The notes under the pieces: model-generated | What the model was told of the DNA's origin: nothing | The model's input: only the letters and a program-made list of their open reading frames with translations | The model's database searches: none | Program-made: the position numbers and the translations under genes | Shown here: in pieces, positions 63,735 through 64,000 of the stretch | Position numbering within the stretch: the first letter of the stretch is position 1 | How the letters are laid out: each line of letters opens with the position of its first letter | Assembly (NCBI GenBank): GCA_964016885.1 | Contig: OZ024740.1 | Coordinates: forward strand, 40,796,001-40,860,000 | Length of the DNA: 64,000 nucleotides | Direction: 5' to 3' | DNA from: Eledone cirrhosa | Taxonomy: Eukaryota

Positions 63735-63930
63735 GGGGTATAGTTGAGTTCACCAACCCCAGGGCAGAGGTATAATTGAGTTCACTGACCTCCAGTACTA
63801 GAGAGGGAGGTAGGGGTATAGTTAAGATCACTGACCCCCCAGTACTAGAGGGGAGGGGAATAGGTCAATGGTATTGTTGAGTTCATTGACCCCAGGGCAG
63901 GGGTATAGTTGAGTTCACTGACCCCCAGTA
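63735..63930. repeat. Short tandem array (GGGTATAGTTGAGTTCACTGACCCC..) inside a SINE
   Basis: About 5 degenerate copies followed by SINE sequence GGATGAAAGG..GGATTTGAACT. Confidence 0.7.
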
Positions 63931-64000
63931 CTTGGAAGTTACTTATTTAATTCTGGAAGGATGAAAGGCCAAGTTAACTTTGCTAGGATTTGAACTTAGA

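Overview
AT-rich, repeat-dense animal genomic DNA. The (TA)n/(CAT)n microsatellites and RTE-tailed tRNA SINEs suggest a mollusc, probably an octopus; this is an inference. Four spliced genes were rebuilt by hand from GT-AG sites and reading phase: a SPIDR-like gene (minus, 5' part, 8300->1235, continuing off the left edge), a complete YdaC-like SAM methyltransferase (minus, 22920->19972), complete RPL38 (plus, 30336-42047) and NUDCD1 (minus, 3' part, 61186->49826). Most of the remainder is transposon-derived: young RTE LINEs, a CRE-clade element, a CR1/L2-group LINE, Helitrons, Tigger, maT, hAT and Penelope fragments, MITEs and SINEs. The most striking signal lies in the RPL38 introns, which appear to host about eight box C/D snoRNA genes. 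These are two identical copies of one RNA (one beside a fossil of an RPL38 exon), one further candidate, and five near-identical SNORD60-like guides tandemly amplified in the last intron. That intron also holds a 410-bp palindrome with two complementary-defective hammerhead-like motifs. All homology and rRNA-target assignments come from recalled sequences and need database confirmation.
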